DNA of 64,000 nt from IMG/VR virus record IMGVR_UViG_3300011008_000003. One strand, 5' to 3'. The position numbers were made by a program, and so were the translations under genes. Below are positions 38,088 through 45,991 of this stretch, piece after piece. Position 1 is the stretch's first letter; each line of letters opens with the position of its first letter. A model generated the notes under the pieces. That model was not told where the DNA came from. It did not search any database and saw only the letters and a program-made list of their open reading frames with translations. Source of the stretch: a virus (lineage: Duplodnaviria; Heunggongvirae; Uroviricota; Caudoviricetes).

Positions 38088-38951
38088 TTATCCTAGCCTG
38101 TCCCATTCGCTCGCAAGCCTACGTATCTGTTTGTAATAGGCTCTGTCTGCCCAGGAAGGCTCAACCTCGGTAAATTCGTCATACGTACCGCCAATACGCT
38201 TAAACCATGCGGCACAGCTGAATATTACATTATGACGTTCACCGCTCGGAGCGTTTTCGATTTTTTCACCGAGGTATTTTTTCGCATTGTCAAGGTTCAT
38301 ATCGCCCTTGAGCTTTCTAAACATTTCATTCTGTTTTTTCTTTGCAAGCAGATATTCAGTCTGCTTTTCCTGGCACAGTTCATAAGCCAGCTTGAATTCA
38401 TAACCGAGTTCCTTAAATGGATTAAACAAGTCACCGTTATTTATCTTATAATAGTACGGTGCACCTTTTTCCTTGATAGCAGGCATTTTGAAAAACTGTG
38501 CTCTTGTAAAACTTGCTTTATCAGCCATAGGGAAATATTTCAGCATGAAATGATAAGGACTGAAAGCTTCGTTATGGCCTTTGAAGAACAATAATTGAAT
38601 ATCGTATTCCTTATCCAGGAATAGAAAAACACGGAATTTCTGGTTCGTTCCGTCATAAGAATGTGACGTATGAAGAATGAACATAAAATTCCTAAATGTA
38701 CTTTCAAATTCGTCGATTGTATATGTAGGACTATCGAAATCAAGAATCAGCACATCGGTAGAATCAATATTTTCGGTCTGTCTCTTAGTTCCTTTGACCG
38801 TGCAGAATTTCCACTGCGGAATCATATCTTTCTTTTCGACAACCAATGGATGCTGAATAACATGCATAAACTGGCGCATGGCCTTATCTGACCATTCCAT
38901 CGGATGCATTTCATTATCATATTGATTTTTTATGTACTGAAGTACTCTCAT
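38088..38951 (-). CDS. hypothetical protein, possible primase-polymerase (AEP) like
   Basis: VLILDFD acidic motif and ILHTSHSYDG motif, which is a weak resemblance. Start moved to Met MRVLQY because the tracked N-terminus contains the TATAAATA box and terminator. Confidence 0.3.
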   Translation of the reverse strand: MRVLQYIKNQYDNEMHPMEWSDKAMRQFMHVIQHPLVVEKKDMIPQWKFCTVKGTKRQTENIDSTDVLILDFDSPTYTIDEFESTFRNFMFILHTSHSYDGTNQKFRVFLFLDKEYDIQLLFFKGHNEAFSPYHFMLKYFPMADKASFTRAQFFKMPAIKEKGAPYYYKINNGDLFNPFKELGYEFKLAYELCQEKQTEYLLAKKKQNEMFRKLKGDMNLDNAKKYLGEKIENAPSGERHNVIFSCAAWFKRIGGTYDEFTEVEPSWADRAYYKQIRRLASEWDRLG

Positions 38952-39018
38952 AGCAATCTTAAATATAGTAAAAAATAACAAGTATTTTTGGACTAAATAA
39001 TTTTTTCGAAAATATTTA

Positions 39019-39046
39019 TAAAGGGAACGGTTTCCCATTCCCTTTA
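39019..39046 (-). terminator. intrinsic terminator ending the membrane operon (gggaa-accg-ttccc + T-rich)
   Basis: GC-rich hairpin on the minus strand followed by TTTATAAATATTTT, directly after the flotillin stop. Confidence 0.45.
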
Positions 39047-39070
39047 ATAAATCAGCTCATTGTATTAGGA

Positions 39071-40702
39071 TTAGCGACGACGACGGCGTTGCTGATCACC
39101 AAGAATCTGAGCAGCGATGTTTTCGGCCTGAGCATTTGTAATGCCCGGGAAAACCTGTTCAGATTCCTGTGCCGGAGCCTTCGGCGCTTCAGCCTTCGGA
39201 GCTTCCTCAGCGACAACTTCAGCTTCAGCCTTTTCAACGGTCTTCGGAGTGCCAGCGACACCAGCGAGGCGAGCGCCGAACATAGATCCGAGAACGGTCT
39301 TAAGGTCGAGACCGAGGGAATCAGTCAAACCGTTGGAAACCTGAGTAAGGGTCTTGGTGATGTCACCAGTAAGCTGAGCAGTATTGCCCTGGCCGTACAT
39401 AGTGATGTTGCCAATCTTTTCCATCGGCTTTGCGATTGCACCAGCGATAGCCGGGAGCTGTTCGAAATACTTCTCAATAGTCTTGAGCTGCATTTCCTGG
39501 CGAGCTGCGTCACCGTACTTCTTCATAGCTTCTGCCTTCTGGTCGAGTGCAGCAGCTTCTGCAAGGCCCTTAGCCTTTACAGCGTCAGCTTCTGCTTCGC
39601 CCTTAGCCTTAGTAGCGGCAGCTTCAGCGAAAGCCTTCTGCTTGTCAGCTTCAGCCTTAGCCTTAATAGCTTCAGCCTGTTGCTTCTGAGTGAAGAGTGC
39701 AGCTTCAGCTTCCTTCTGCTGCTTATAGAGGTCAGCGTCAGACTTCTGAATCTGTGCCTGCTTTTCAGCTTCAGCCTTCTTCTGAATTTCTGCTTCGAGT
39801 TCCTTCTGACGGACAGCTACCATGCGTTCGCGGATTTCAATCTGCTTTTCCTGCTTTGCAACTTCAGCAGCTGCAGCAGTGATGTTAATGGTCTTCTGCT
39901 GTTCCTGCTTCTGAATTTCGTAAGCAGCGTCAGCTTCAGCCTTCTTGGTATCAGAGATACGCTTAAGGTCAGCCTTCTTAACTTCAAGGTCATTCTGCTT
40001 CTGTGCGATTTCGAGGTTAGCAGCAACCTGGGCGTCATTTGCAGACTTAGCAGCTTCAGCCTGTGCAATCTTCACGTCGCGTTCAGCATTTGCACGAGAA
40101 ATAGAAGCAGCCTTCTGGATTGCTACGGCCTTATCGACACCGAGGTTTTCGATAACCTTGCCGTCATCGGAGAAGTTCTGAATGTTGAAGGTTTCGACGA
40201 TAACGCCGAGCTTCTTAAGGTCAGGAATAGCGTTTTCAAGAACCTTTTCAGAAACCTGCTTACGGTCAGTAACCATGTCGACCAGGTTCATCTGGCCGAC
40301 AATCTCACGCATGTTACCCTCCAAAACGTCGACAATCATTCCCTTGATAGTACCGATGTCTTTGTTCAAGAAGTTCTGTGCAGCTTTCTTAATATCGTCC
40401 GGTTGGTCAGAAATCTTCGCATTAACAACAGCGTCGACCGTAACGTTAATGTAATCCTTGGTCGGAACCGCGTTCTGGGTCTTGACGTCAATCGGAATCA
40501 ACTTCAAGCTAAGAACGTCAGCACGTTCAAGGAACGGAATCTTGAAACCGGCATGACCGATAATTGTTCGGAGCTGTCGGAAACCAGAGATGATGATTAC
40601 TTCGTCCGGCGCAGCCTTGATGTAAGACGTAACGAAGAGGATGATAATGAACAGTACGAACAGGCCGATGCCCGCACCGATGAGGAAGTTGGAACTAATC
40701 AT
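39071..40702 (-). CDS. SPFH/band-7 flotillin-like membrane protein
   Basis: N-terminal TM helix, an SPFH domain (PDEVIIISGFRQLRTIIGHAGFKIPFLER...) and a roughly 300-aa A/E/K/Q coiled-coil flotillin-type tail. GC content visibly higher than the surroundings. Confidence 0.8.
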   Translation of the reverse strand: MISSNFLIGAGIGLFVLFIIILFVTSYIKAAPDEVIIISGFRQLRTIIGHAGFKIPFLERADVLSLKLIPIDVKTQNAVPTKDYINVTVDAVVNAKISDQPDDIKKAAQNFLNKDIGTIKGMIVDVLEGNMREIVGQMNLVDMVTDRKQVSEKVLENAIPDLKKLGVIVETFNIQNFSDDGKVIENLGVDKAVAIQKAASISRANAERDVKIAQAEAAKSANDAQVAANLEIAQKQNDLEVKKADLKRISDTKKAEADAAYEIQKQEQQKTINITAAAAEVAKQEKQIEIRERMVAVRQKELEAEIQKKAEAEKQAQIQKSDADLYKQQKEAEAALFTQKQQAEAIKAKAEADKQKAFAEAAATKAKGEAEADAVKAKGLAEAAALDQKAEAMKKYGDAARQEMQLKTIEKYFEQLPAIAGAIAKPMEKIGNITMYGQGNTAQLTGDITKTLTQVSNGLTDSLGLDLKTVLGSMFGARLAGVAGTPKTVEKAEAEVVAEEAPKAEAPKAPAQESEQVFPGITNAQAENIAAQILGDQQRRRRR

Positions 40703-40739
40703 TGATTGATCCTTTGTTGATGTTTGTTTCAGTTAGTAT

Positions 40740-41480
40740 CTAATCGTTCAGCCATGCGTTATCCATTGCGACAAAGACACAACAAACAATTAAAATCACG
40801 GCTGAGAAAATTAACCAGAAATAAAGCACTGCGTGTTTCCAGCTAAATGCATCTATCGCCTGGTCAATCGTAACATTATTCCGGAATTCTCCATCATTAA
40901 TTCGATGATTTTCGACATTAGCGTAAAGCGTTCCAGTATAAGTCAAATTCCTGCCATAATAGACATGTCGTCTATTCTGGGCAAAATTCACAGTTTTTAT
41001 ATAATTGCCTTCAGGCAGTTTTGGGAATGCAGAATAGTAAAACTCTTTCTTAAGGAATTTAATCTTTTCTACAGCCCAGTCATCGGCACCTTTATAATCC
41101 CATGTCCAGTAAACCTGGGTATGGCACGAGCGAGTCTTACCAGAACCAGTACAGACGAGCCTGGTGTGCATCGTATAGACTTCTAATACACGATGTATTG
41201 ACATATACTGTCCAGGGATATTATTGTCCGTAACGCTGCCTATGGCTTCGGCGGTACCGTATGACAATGTATGTCCAGCATCAGTCTTAAAGGCATAGGC
41301 GAACTGTGTAGAATCGTTATCGATTTTAACAGCCTGGTTATACTTGGCATTATGTTCGTCTTGCCAAATACCCATCCTATTGCCGACATAAAACCCTATG
41401 CCGATTGAGATAAGAGCGAAAATGATTGCGATAATCAGCTCTTTCTGTGTAACTTCAATATTGGTATCGCCGATATACAT
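40740..41480 (-). CDS. membrane protein with N- and C-terminal TM helices (246 aa)
   Basis: Hydrophobic segments at both ends with a roughly 180-aa extracytoplasmic middle. Co-operonic with the LemA and flotillin genes. Confidence 0.45.
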   Translation of the reverse strand: MYIGDTNIEVTQKELIIAIIFALISIGIGFYVGNRMGIWQDEHNAKYNQAVKIDNDSTQFAYAFKTDAGHTLSYGTAEAIGSVTDNNIPGQYMSIHRVLEVYTMHTRLVCTGSGKTRSCHTQVYWTWDYKGADDWAVEKIKFLKKEFYYSAFPKLPEGNYIKTVNFAQNRRHVYYGRNLTYTGTLYANVENHRINDGEFRNNVTIDQAIDAFSWKHAVLYFWLIFSAVILIVCCVFVAMDNAWLND

Positions 41481-41483
41481 TTA

Positions 41484-42023
41484 TTAGTCCTTCAAAAGGC
41501 CAGTGGGTGCGTCTACGGGCGCATTTTGGAATTCGAGATATTCATAGTTCTTTTCCTGATAGCCCAAAATACTCAAGAAGATACGGGTCGGGAACATCTG
41601 GATATGACGCTTGTAATCACGAACGTTTGCATTGTAATATTTTCTGTGTGAACTGATACGATTTTCGGTCATGGCTAACTCGCTCATGTACCTGTCGTAA
41701 TTTTCGATAGAGCGCAACTGCGGATAACGTTCCACGACGCCCTTGATGTAAGCAGAAGCTGTGACGTTGCCCTTGCCTTCGTCTGGTGTACGTGCTTCTG
41801 AAAGCTTAATGAGAACTTCCGCCTCATGCTTATTGTAAGACTTGACTGCTTCCGCCAAGTTGACGAGCAAGCCGGCTCGTCGATTATATTCTGCGTTTAA
41901 GTCGCTAAGAGAGCTTTCTACAAGCTGTTCCTTGGCGATTGCTGTATTCTGTGAGCTTTGTACTCCGAATACACACATTAAGATTACGGCTACAACGATA
42001 CCGATAATTGCGAGTGCTTTCAT
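41484..42023 (-). CDS. LemA family protein
   Basis: N-terminal TM helix then ERYPQLRS...TENRIS..RKYYNANVRDYKRHIQMFPTRIF, the characteristic LemA signature. Confidence 0.7.
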   Translation of the reverse strand: MKALAIIGIVVAVILMCVFGVQSSQNTAIAKEQLVESSLSDLNAEYNRRAGLLVNLAEAVKSYNKHEAEVLIKLSEARTPDEGKGNVTASAYIKGVVERYPQLRSIENYDRYMSELAMTENRISSHRKYYNANVRDYKRHIQMFPTRIFLSILGYQEKNYEYLEFQNAPVDAPTGLLKD

Positions 42024-42028
42024 TTGGT

Positions 42029-42511
42029 TTACTCCTTTTCTGAAATAAGTTTACTAATGTCTTCTGCAAGCTGTTTTGAAGATGTCTTTACTGTGCCCAG
42101 TAATTCATCATCAGTTGCGATAAACTTGTAATCCCAGCTGATTTGTTCTTTACGTTTGTCATTAATCAACGGGACAAAAATATTAAAATTGCCGTTATAG
42201 TCTTTATAGCATGAATTATCTAAAGTCTTTTGAATTTTATCGACGCCAGTTTTGATAATTGTATTACGAACTTTAAGTTCATTTGTTTTGTTAAGCTCGT
42301 TAACAGAATCCGAATATACCCAGAATACAAGATTACCATATCTGAACCAGGTAGTAATATTACCACCATATTGTTCAACCATTTTGGATCTAATTGTTGG
42401 TTTTTCCGGTTCTTTCGGCATGGAAGATTTCTTATTACTGCACTTCTGAATAATATCACACAGGATATAAAGCGCCATTATTCCCATTAAAATATAAAGA
42501 AATGGAGACAT
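42029..42511 (-). CDS. membrane-anchored hypothetical protein (first gene of the membrane operon)
   Basis: N-terminal TM helix MSPFLYILMGIMALYILCDII and AAAGGAACA RBS. Located 23 nt downstream of the predicted -10. Confidence 0.45.
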   Translation of the reverse strand: MSPFLYILMGIMALYILCDIIQKCSNKKSSMPKEPEKPTIRSKMVEQYGGNITTWFRYGNLVFWVYSDSVNELNKTNELKVRNTIIKTGVDKIQKTLDNSCYKDYNGNFNIFVPLINDKRKEQISWDYKFIATDDELLGTVKTSSKQLAEDISKLISEKE

Positions 42512-42541
42512 TTAGTGTTCCTTTATTGATTCGTTGCGTTA

Positions 42542-42570
42542 AATATAAAAAAGGATTGACATGTTGTCAA
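42542..42570 (-). promoter_or_regulatory. sigma70-like promoter TTGACA-N17-TATATT embedded in an inverted repeat
   Basis: On the minus strand TTGACA (42570-42565), a 17-nt spacer and TATATT (42547-42542) are read directly from the sequence. The palindrome ttgacatgttgtcaa also forms the stem of a terminator for the upstream minus-strand gene. Confidence 0.5.
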
Positions 42571-42598
42571 CCCCTTTTTTAAAGCAATTTATTAAAAA

Positions 42599-43375
42599 TT
42601 ACTTTTCGTAGCGTCCGCCAGCCTTCTGACGTTTAAAATTCTCACGGTTCTTTTCGTAATAGAATTTCCAGATGTCCTGCGGAGTCATGCCGAGCGCGAC
42701 ATAGAGCTTGATGAACTTGACCATAAGGGTATCGACCATATCGTAAAGGACAGTGTACGGAACCTTTGGTTCATAAGTTTCATAAGTCTTCCATGCCTTA
42801 TACGGCAATTGCTGCATAATCTGACCGAAAGCGATAATATAGTCACCAATCAGGAAACGAATAGAAGTTTCACCAATAGTACCAGCATGGAAATCTTCCT
42901 TGGCCTTATCATAGTACCATTCGAGAGTTTCACGTGGCTTCATATTGATGTAAAGCAACGTATTCATAAGGAAGTGAACTGCGTCAGTCAATTCGAAACG
43001 GCTATCGTCAGTAATTTCGTAATTATCCTTCTGCATCTGTTCATCGAGTTCAAAAAGCTCGGTTACGACACTACCAAGATGGTAGATAGACATTCCGGAC
43101 TTGACAAACAAATTTTCCTTAGAATCAGGAGTAAGAGTTCCACGCTTCTTACCGAGCATATTCTGCAGAGATTCCTGCATATCGAACATAACCTGAAGTG
43201 CATTAGCCGGATAATTTTCGTCAACATCCGGAATAACAATGTCATCATCAGTTTTTGCCGAACTAGTAATCTTATCAGCAACAATAGTAGCTTTTTCACG
43301 AAGTTTCTTCTGCAAAGTTGCAAAAGTATCAGCTTCTTCTACGACATTGCCGTACATGCTGTTAGTATCAATCAT
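42599..43375 (-). CDS. dCTPase-like all-alpha NTP pyrophosphohydrolase (T4 gp56/MazG-like)
   Basis: Blocks ALQVMFDMQESLQ, FELTDAVHFLMN and C-terminal IWKFYYEKNRENFKRQ match my recollection of T4 gp56 (PLQVMLDMQ, FELVDIFHFVLN, IFKLYYLKNKENFARQ). Not verified by a search. Confidence 0.45.
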   Translation of the reverse strand: MIDTNSMYGNVVEEADTFATLQKKLREKATIVADKITSSAKTDDDIVIPDVDENYPANALQVMFDMQESLQNMLGKKRGTLTPDSKENLFVKSGMSIYHLGSVVTELFELDEQMQKDNYEITDDSRFELTDAVHFLMNTLLYINMKPRETLEWYYDKAKEDFHAGTIGETSIRFLIGDYIIAFGQIMQQLPYKAWKTYETYEPKVPYTVLYDMVDTLMVKFIKLYVALGMTPQDIWKFYYEKNRENFKRQKAGGRYEK

Positions 43376-43376
43376 A

Positions 43377-43700
43377 TTAGTTTACCTTTTCCTTAGACTT
43401 CTTGGATTTCTTTACCGGAACTGCAGTATTAGCTACAGCGTCTTCCTGCGGAACAAGAGACTTGAGAACTTCAAGAATATTGCCGCATTCCTTCTTGAGC
43501 AAATCTTCATTTCGATCGTATTCTTCCTGAGTAAGACCAATCAAATCCTTGAGTAAAAATTCACGAGAGAAGAGAGGGGAAATACCAGAACTACCGTCGA
43601 CACGAGGAATAAACTGACTAAGAACGCCAAGGACGTCTGCAATTTCACGAGCACGGGTTAAATCTGCTTTTGTAGTTTTCTTTGTTGTAGTCTTTTTCAT
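43377..43700 (-). CDS. hypothetical protein
   Basis: 107 aa with a basic N-terminus. Confidence 0.35.
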   Translation of the reverse strand: MKKTTTKKTTKADLTRAREIADVLGVLSQFIPRVDGSSGISPLFSREFLLKDLIGLTQEEYDRNEDLLKKECGNILEVLKSLVPQEDAVANTAVPVKKSKKSKEKVN

Positions 43701-43725
43701 AATTTACCTTTAAATGGGCAAAATA

Positions 43726-43756
43726 AAACATAAGAGAATTGAATCTCTTATGTTTT
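43726..43756 (-). terminator. intrinsic terminator after the SSB gene (aacataagaga-attgaa-tctcttatgtt)
   Basis: 11-bp perfect stem followed by a T-rich tract on the minus strand. Confidence 0.65.
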
Positions 43757-43775
43757 ATTCTATTTTTGTGTAAAA

Positions 43776-44900
43776 TTAGCTATTAGCAAGCTTTGCGAAG
43801 AAATCGTCTTCGTCTTCAGCGACAGCAGGCTGAGCGCTGGTCGACGGGCTTTCATCTTCATCGAACGGCATGCTAGGTGCGGTTTCGACTTCATTGAAGC
43901 TTACAGTAGGAGTAGACATCTTCTGCGGCTTACTTGCAGTACCGAAGATTTCGTCGTCATTGACAACGGTAGTCTGAATATTCATTGGAGCTGCAGACTT
44001 TGTAGTTGCTGCATAATCTTCAGAACCGTCAGCAAATTCTTCAAAAAGGTTCTTGCCAGACTTCTTGTTGTAAGATTCAACAATAGCATTGTAAGAACGA
44101 TACTTTTCCTTCGGAATTTCGATGTCCTTGAGGGTATAGAGCTGTGCGTCAACTGCATCGATTTCATCATCGGTCATATCATAGAGCTTGTCATCAGCGG
44201 CATGCTTGCAGATACGACGCGGGCTATTGAAGTGAGAAGTCTTGTAGCTCGGACCATTAGAATCCTGAATACCTTCCCAAACGAAGTTTGCACCAGCCTT
44301 TTCTTCACCACTGAGAACGCACTTGTCGTTCGGACCGTAGTAGGAGAACGGGTTGATACCCGGAATAATCTGACCGGTTTCATCATCCTTCTTATCAGCG
44401 ATAGCGTCAGTAATGAAACCCATAATTGCACGGCTATATTCGAGACGGAAAACCTTACCTTCAGTGTCCGGCTGGTTTTCGTTCTTCACAATATAGACGT
44501 TTGAGTAATACTTCGGCTTCCACTTACCGAGAACACGGTCACGAGCTTCCTTGGTCTTGCCGTACTTGTTCCAGACCTTGGAGTTATATTCGCAAATCGG
44601 ACACTTCAAGTCCTTGTCCTTGAACTTGCCGACGCAATCACAACCAAACCACTGGCCGTTTTCGAGCTGGAAGAGGTGAATACGGTTTTCAACCCAAGGA
44701 ATTTCGTCACCGTCACCGACCTTAGCCGGGAGGAAGCGAAGAATGACCTTGAACTTACCGTTCTTCATGAGAGGCTTAAAGAGGCCTTCGATTTCATAAC
44801 TCGGCTTTTCATCCTTATCCTTACGCTTATTGGCAGAACCAATTTCGTTAAGAGCCGAGTACATGCTGTTGAGACTATTTCTATTTCTTTGAATTGGCAT
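43776..44900 (-). CDS. single-stranded DNA-binding protein (T4 gp32-like)
   Basis: VILRFLPAK, EGKVFRLEY, Zn-site Cys cluster (CDC...CPIC), ANFVWEG and an acidic C-terminal tail. ATG at 44900 with AAGGAAAG RBS gives 51 aa before (I/V)LRFLP, the same spacing as in T4. The tracked ORF begins at an upstream TTG. Confidence 0.85.
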   Translation of the reverse strand: MPIQRNRNSLNSMYSALNEIGSANKRKDKDEKPSYEIEGLFKPLMKNGKFKVILRFLPAKVGDGDEIPWVENRIHLFQLENGQWFGCDCVGKFKDKDLKCPICEYNSKVWNKYGKTKEARDRVLGKWKPKYYSNVYIVKNENQPDTEGKVFRLEYSRAIMGFITDAIADKKDDETGQIIPGINPFSYYGPNDKCVLSGEEKAGANFVWEGIQDSNGPSYKTSHFNSPRRICKHAADDKLYDMTDDEIDAVDAQLYTLKDIEIPKEKYRSYNAIVESYNKKSGKNLFEEFADGSEDYAATTKSAAPMNIQTTVVNDDEIFGTASKPQKMSTPTVSFNEVETAPSMPFDEDESPSTSAQPAVAEDEDDFFAKLANS

Positions 44901-44959
44901 TTTATCTTTCCTTTGTAAATTCAATCGTACATTCGATTGTTGGTTTAAATATAGAAACT

Positions 44960-45607
44960 TTACGTATCCTTTTTCTTGCTTTTATTTTTTTCTGATATTT
45001 CTTTGTGAAGCTTTATTATCATCTCGCAAAAGGTAATAAAGCGCTTATATTCGATATTCTTTATCGAATCTTTATTTAATTTGAATTTTTCATGATACAA
45101 CCCCTGTATGTAGAATTCCGGATCCAATGTACCGGCACAGTACATTTTATAAGCCCGGTTTTCCTGGTTCTCATCCAGTTCGTACAGGGAAAATCGATTA
45201 TTCGTAAAATAATCAAATCCGTTATTCCTTTCTTCTATAATTTTGTTTATCTGGTCAATCTGCCTGGTAATAACGGCGCGCTTGGTAAAAACCTTGGCGC
45301 CTAACAATTTATTTATAGTGTTAACATCCTTCAATTCGGGACATTTTTTGTCACAAAGGCATTTCATCATCACATACATGGTCCAATGCTCTAAATCCGT
45401 AAAAGAGCAGTTCATTTCATTAGCGAGCGGAATACAATAATTGGACATGTATTCCACGCCCTGACTATCCTGTACGAACTGGTTAATTATATAATTCTCC
45501 ATCGTATCAGCAAAGAATTCGCGGAATACGTTGGTATTGAACCTTTTCGCATTCCACATCTTCTTTATATTCTTATATACCATATATAGCTGGTATTTGT
45601 CTATCAT
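44960..45607 (-). CDS. possible helicase-loading protein (gp59-like)
   Basis: 215 aa basic protein adjacent to the gp32-like gene as in T4. N-terminal YQLYMVYKNIKKMW weakly resembles gp59. Confidence 0.35.
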   Translation of the reverse strand: MIDKYQLYMVYKNIKKMWNAKRFNTNVFREFFADTMENYIINQFVQDSQGVEYMSNYCIPLANEMNCSFTDLEHWTMYVMMKCLCDKKCPELKDVNTINKLLGAKVFTKRAVITRQIDQINKIIEERNNGFDYFTNNRFSLYELDENQENRAYKMYCAGTLDPEFYIQGLYHEKFKLNKDSIKNIEYKRFITFCEMIIKLHKEISEKNKSKKKDT

Positions 45608-45981
45608 ATCAGAAATTCATCCATTCCGGTTTTTTTATCAAGTAAAAAACGCTTTTTCATACTCGTTGTAAGAGTATAGCTGTTAATCTCGTCGAGACAT
45701 TTCAGAAGTACCTGTGGTTCGAGCCAGTCGTCAACCAGATATATCATGGCGTCTGCAAGGCTAATCTTGTTTTCCTTGTTCAGAGTATAAAGAACATTAT
45801 TGAACTTGTTATATTCAGCAGGTTCGTTCTTTATTACACGTACCAGATAATCCGGCAATTGAGAATCCGGGTCGATTATATCGAAATCGATACCGGCCTT
45901 CTTCATATACTTGTAAAATGAATCTTTGGTCTGTTCAATTTCGTGGTCGTCGTTGAACAGCAGGTTTTCATTGTCTATCAT
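45604..45981 (-). CDS. hypothetical protein
   Basis: 125 aa ORF between the loader-like and helicase genes. Confidence 0.35.
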   Translation of the reverse strand: MIDNENLLFNDDHEIEQTKDSFYKYMKKAGIDFDIIDPDSQLPDYLVRVIKNEPAEYNKFNNVLYTLNKENKISLADAMIYLVDDWLEPQVLLKCLDEINSYTLTTSMKKRFLLDKKTGMDEFLI

Positions 45982-45991
45982 ATTATTTCCT

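Noticed and set aside
38952-39038. N-terminal 29-aa extension of ORF 38088..39038
   Set aside because: It contains the minus-strand TATAAATA box and the membrane-operon terminator hairpin. The first plausible start is the internal Met at 38951.
39089-40705. 538-aa plus-strand ORF fully overlapping the flotillin gene
   Set aside because: It is antisense to a low-complexity GCN/GAR-rich coiled-coil coding region. Its translation is Ser/Leu/Phe-rich nonsense with no motif, whereas the minus-strand frame carries the clear SPFH signature.
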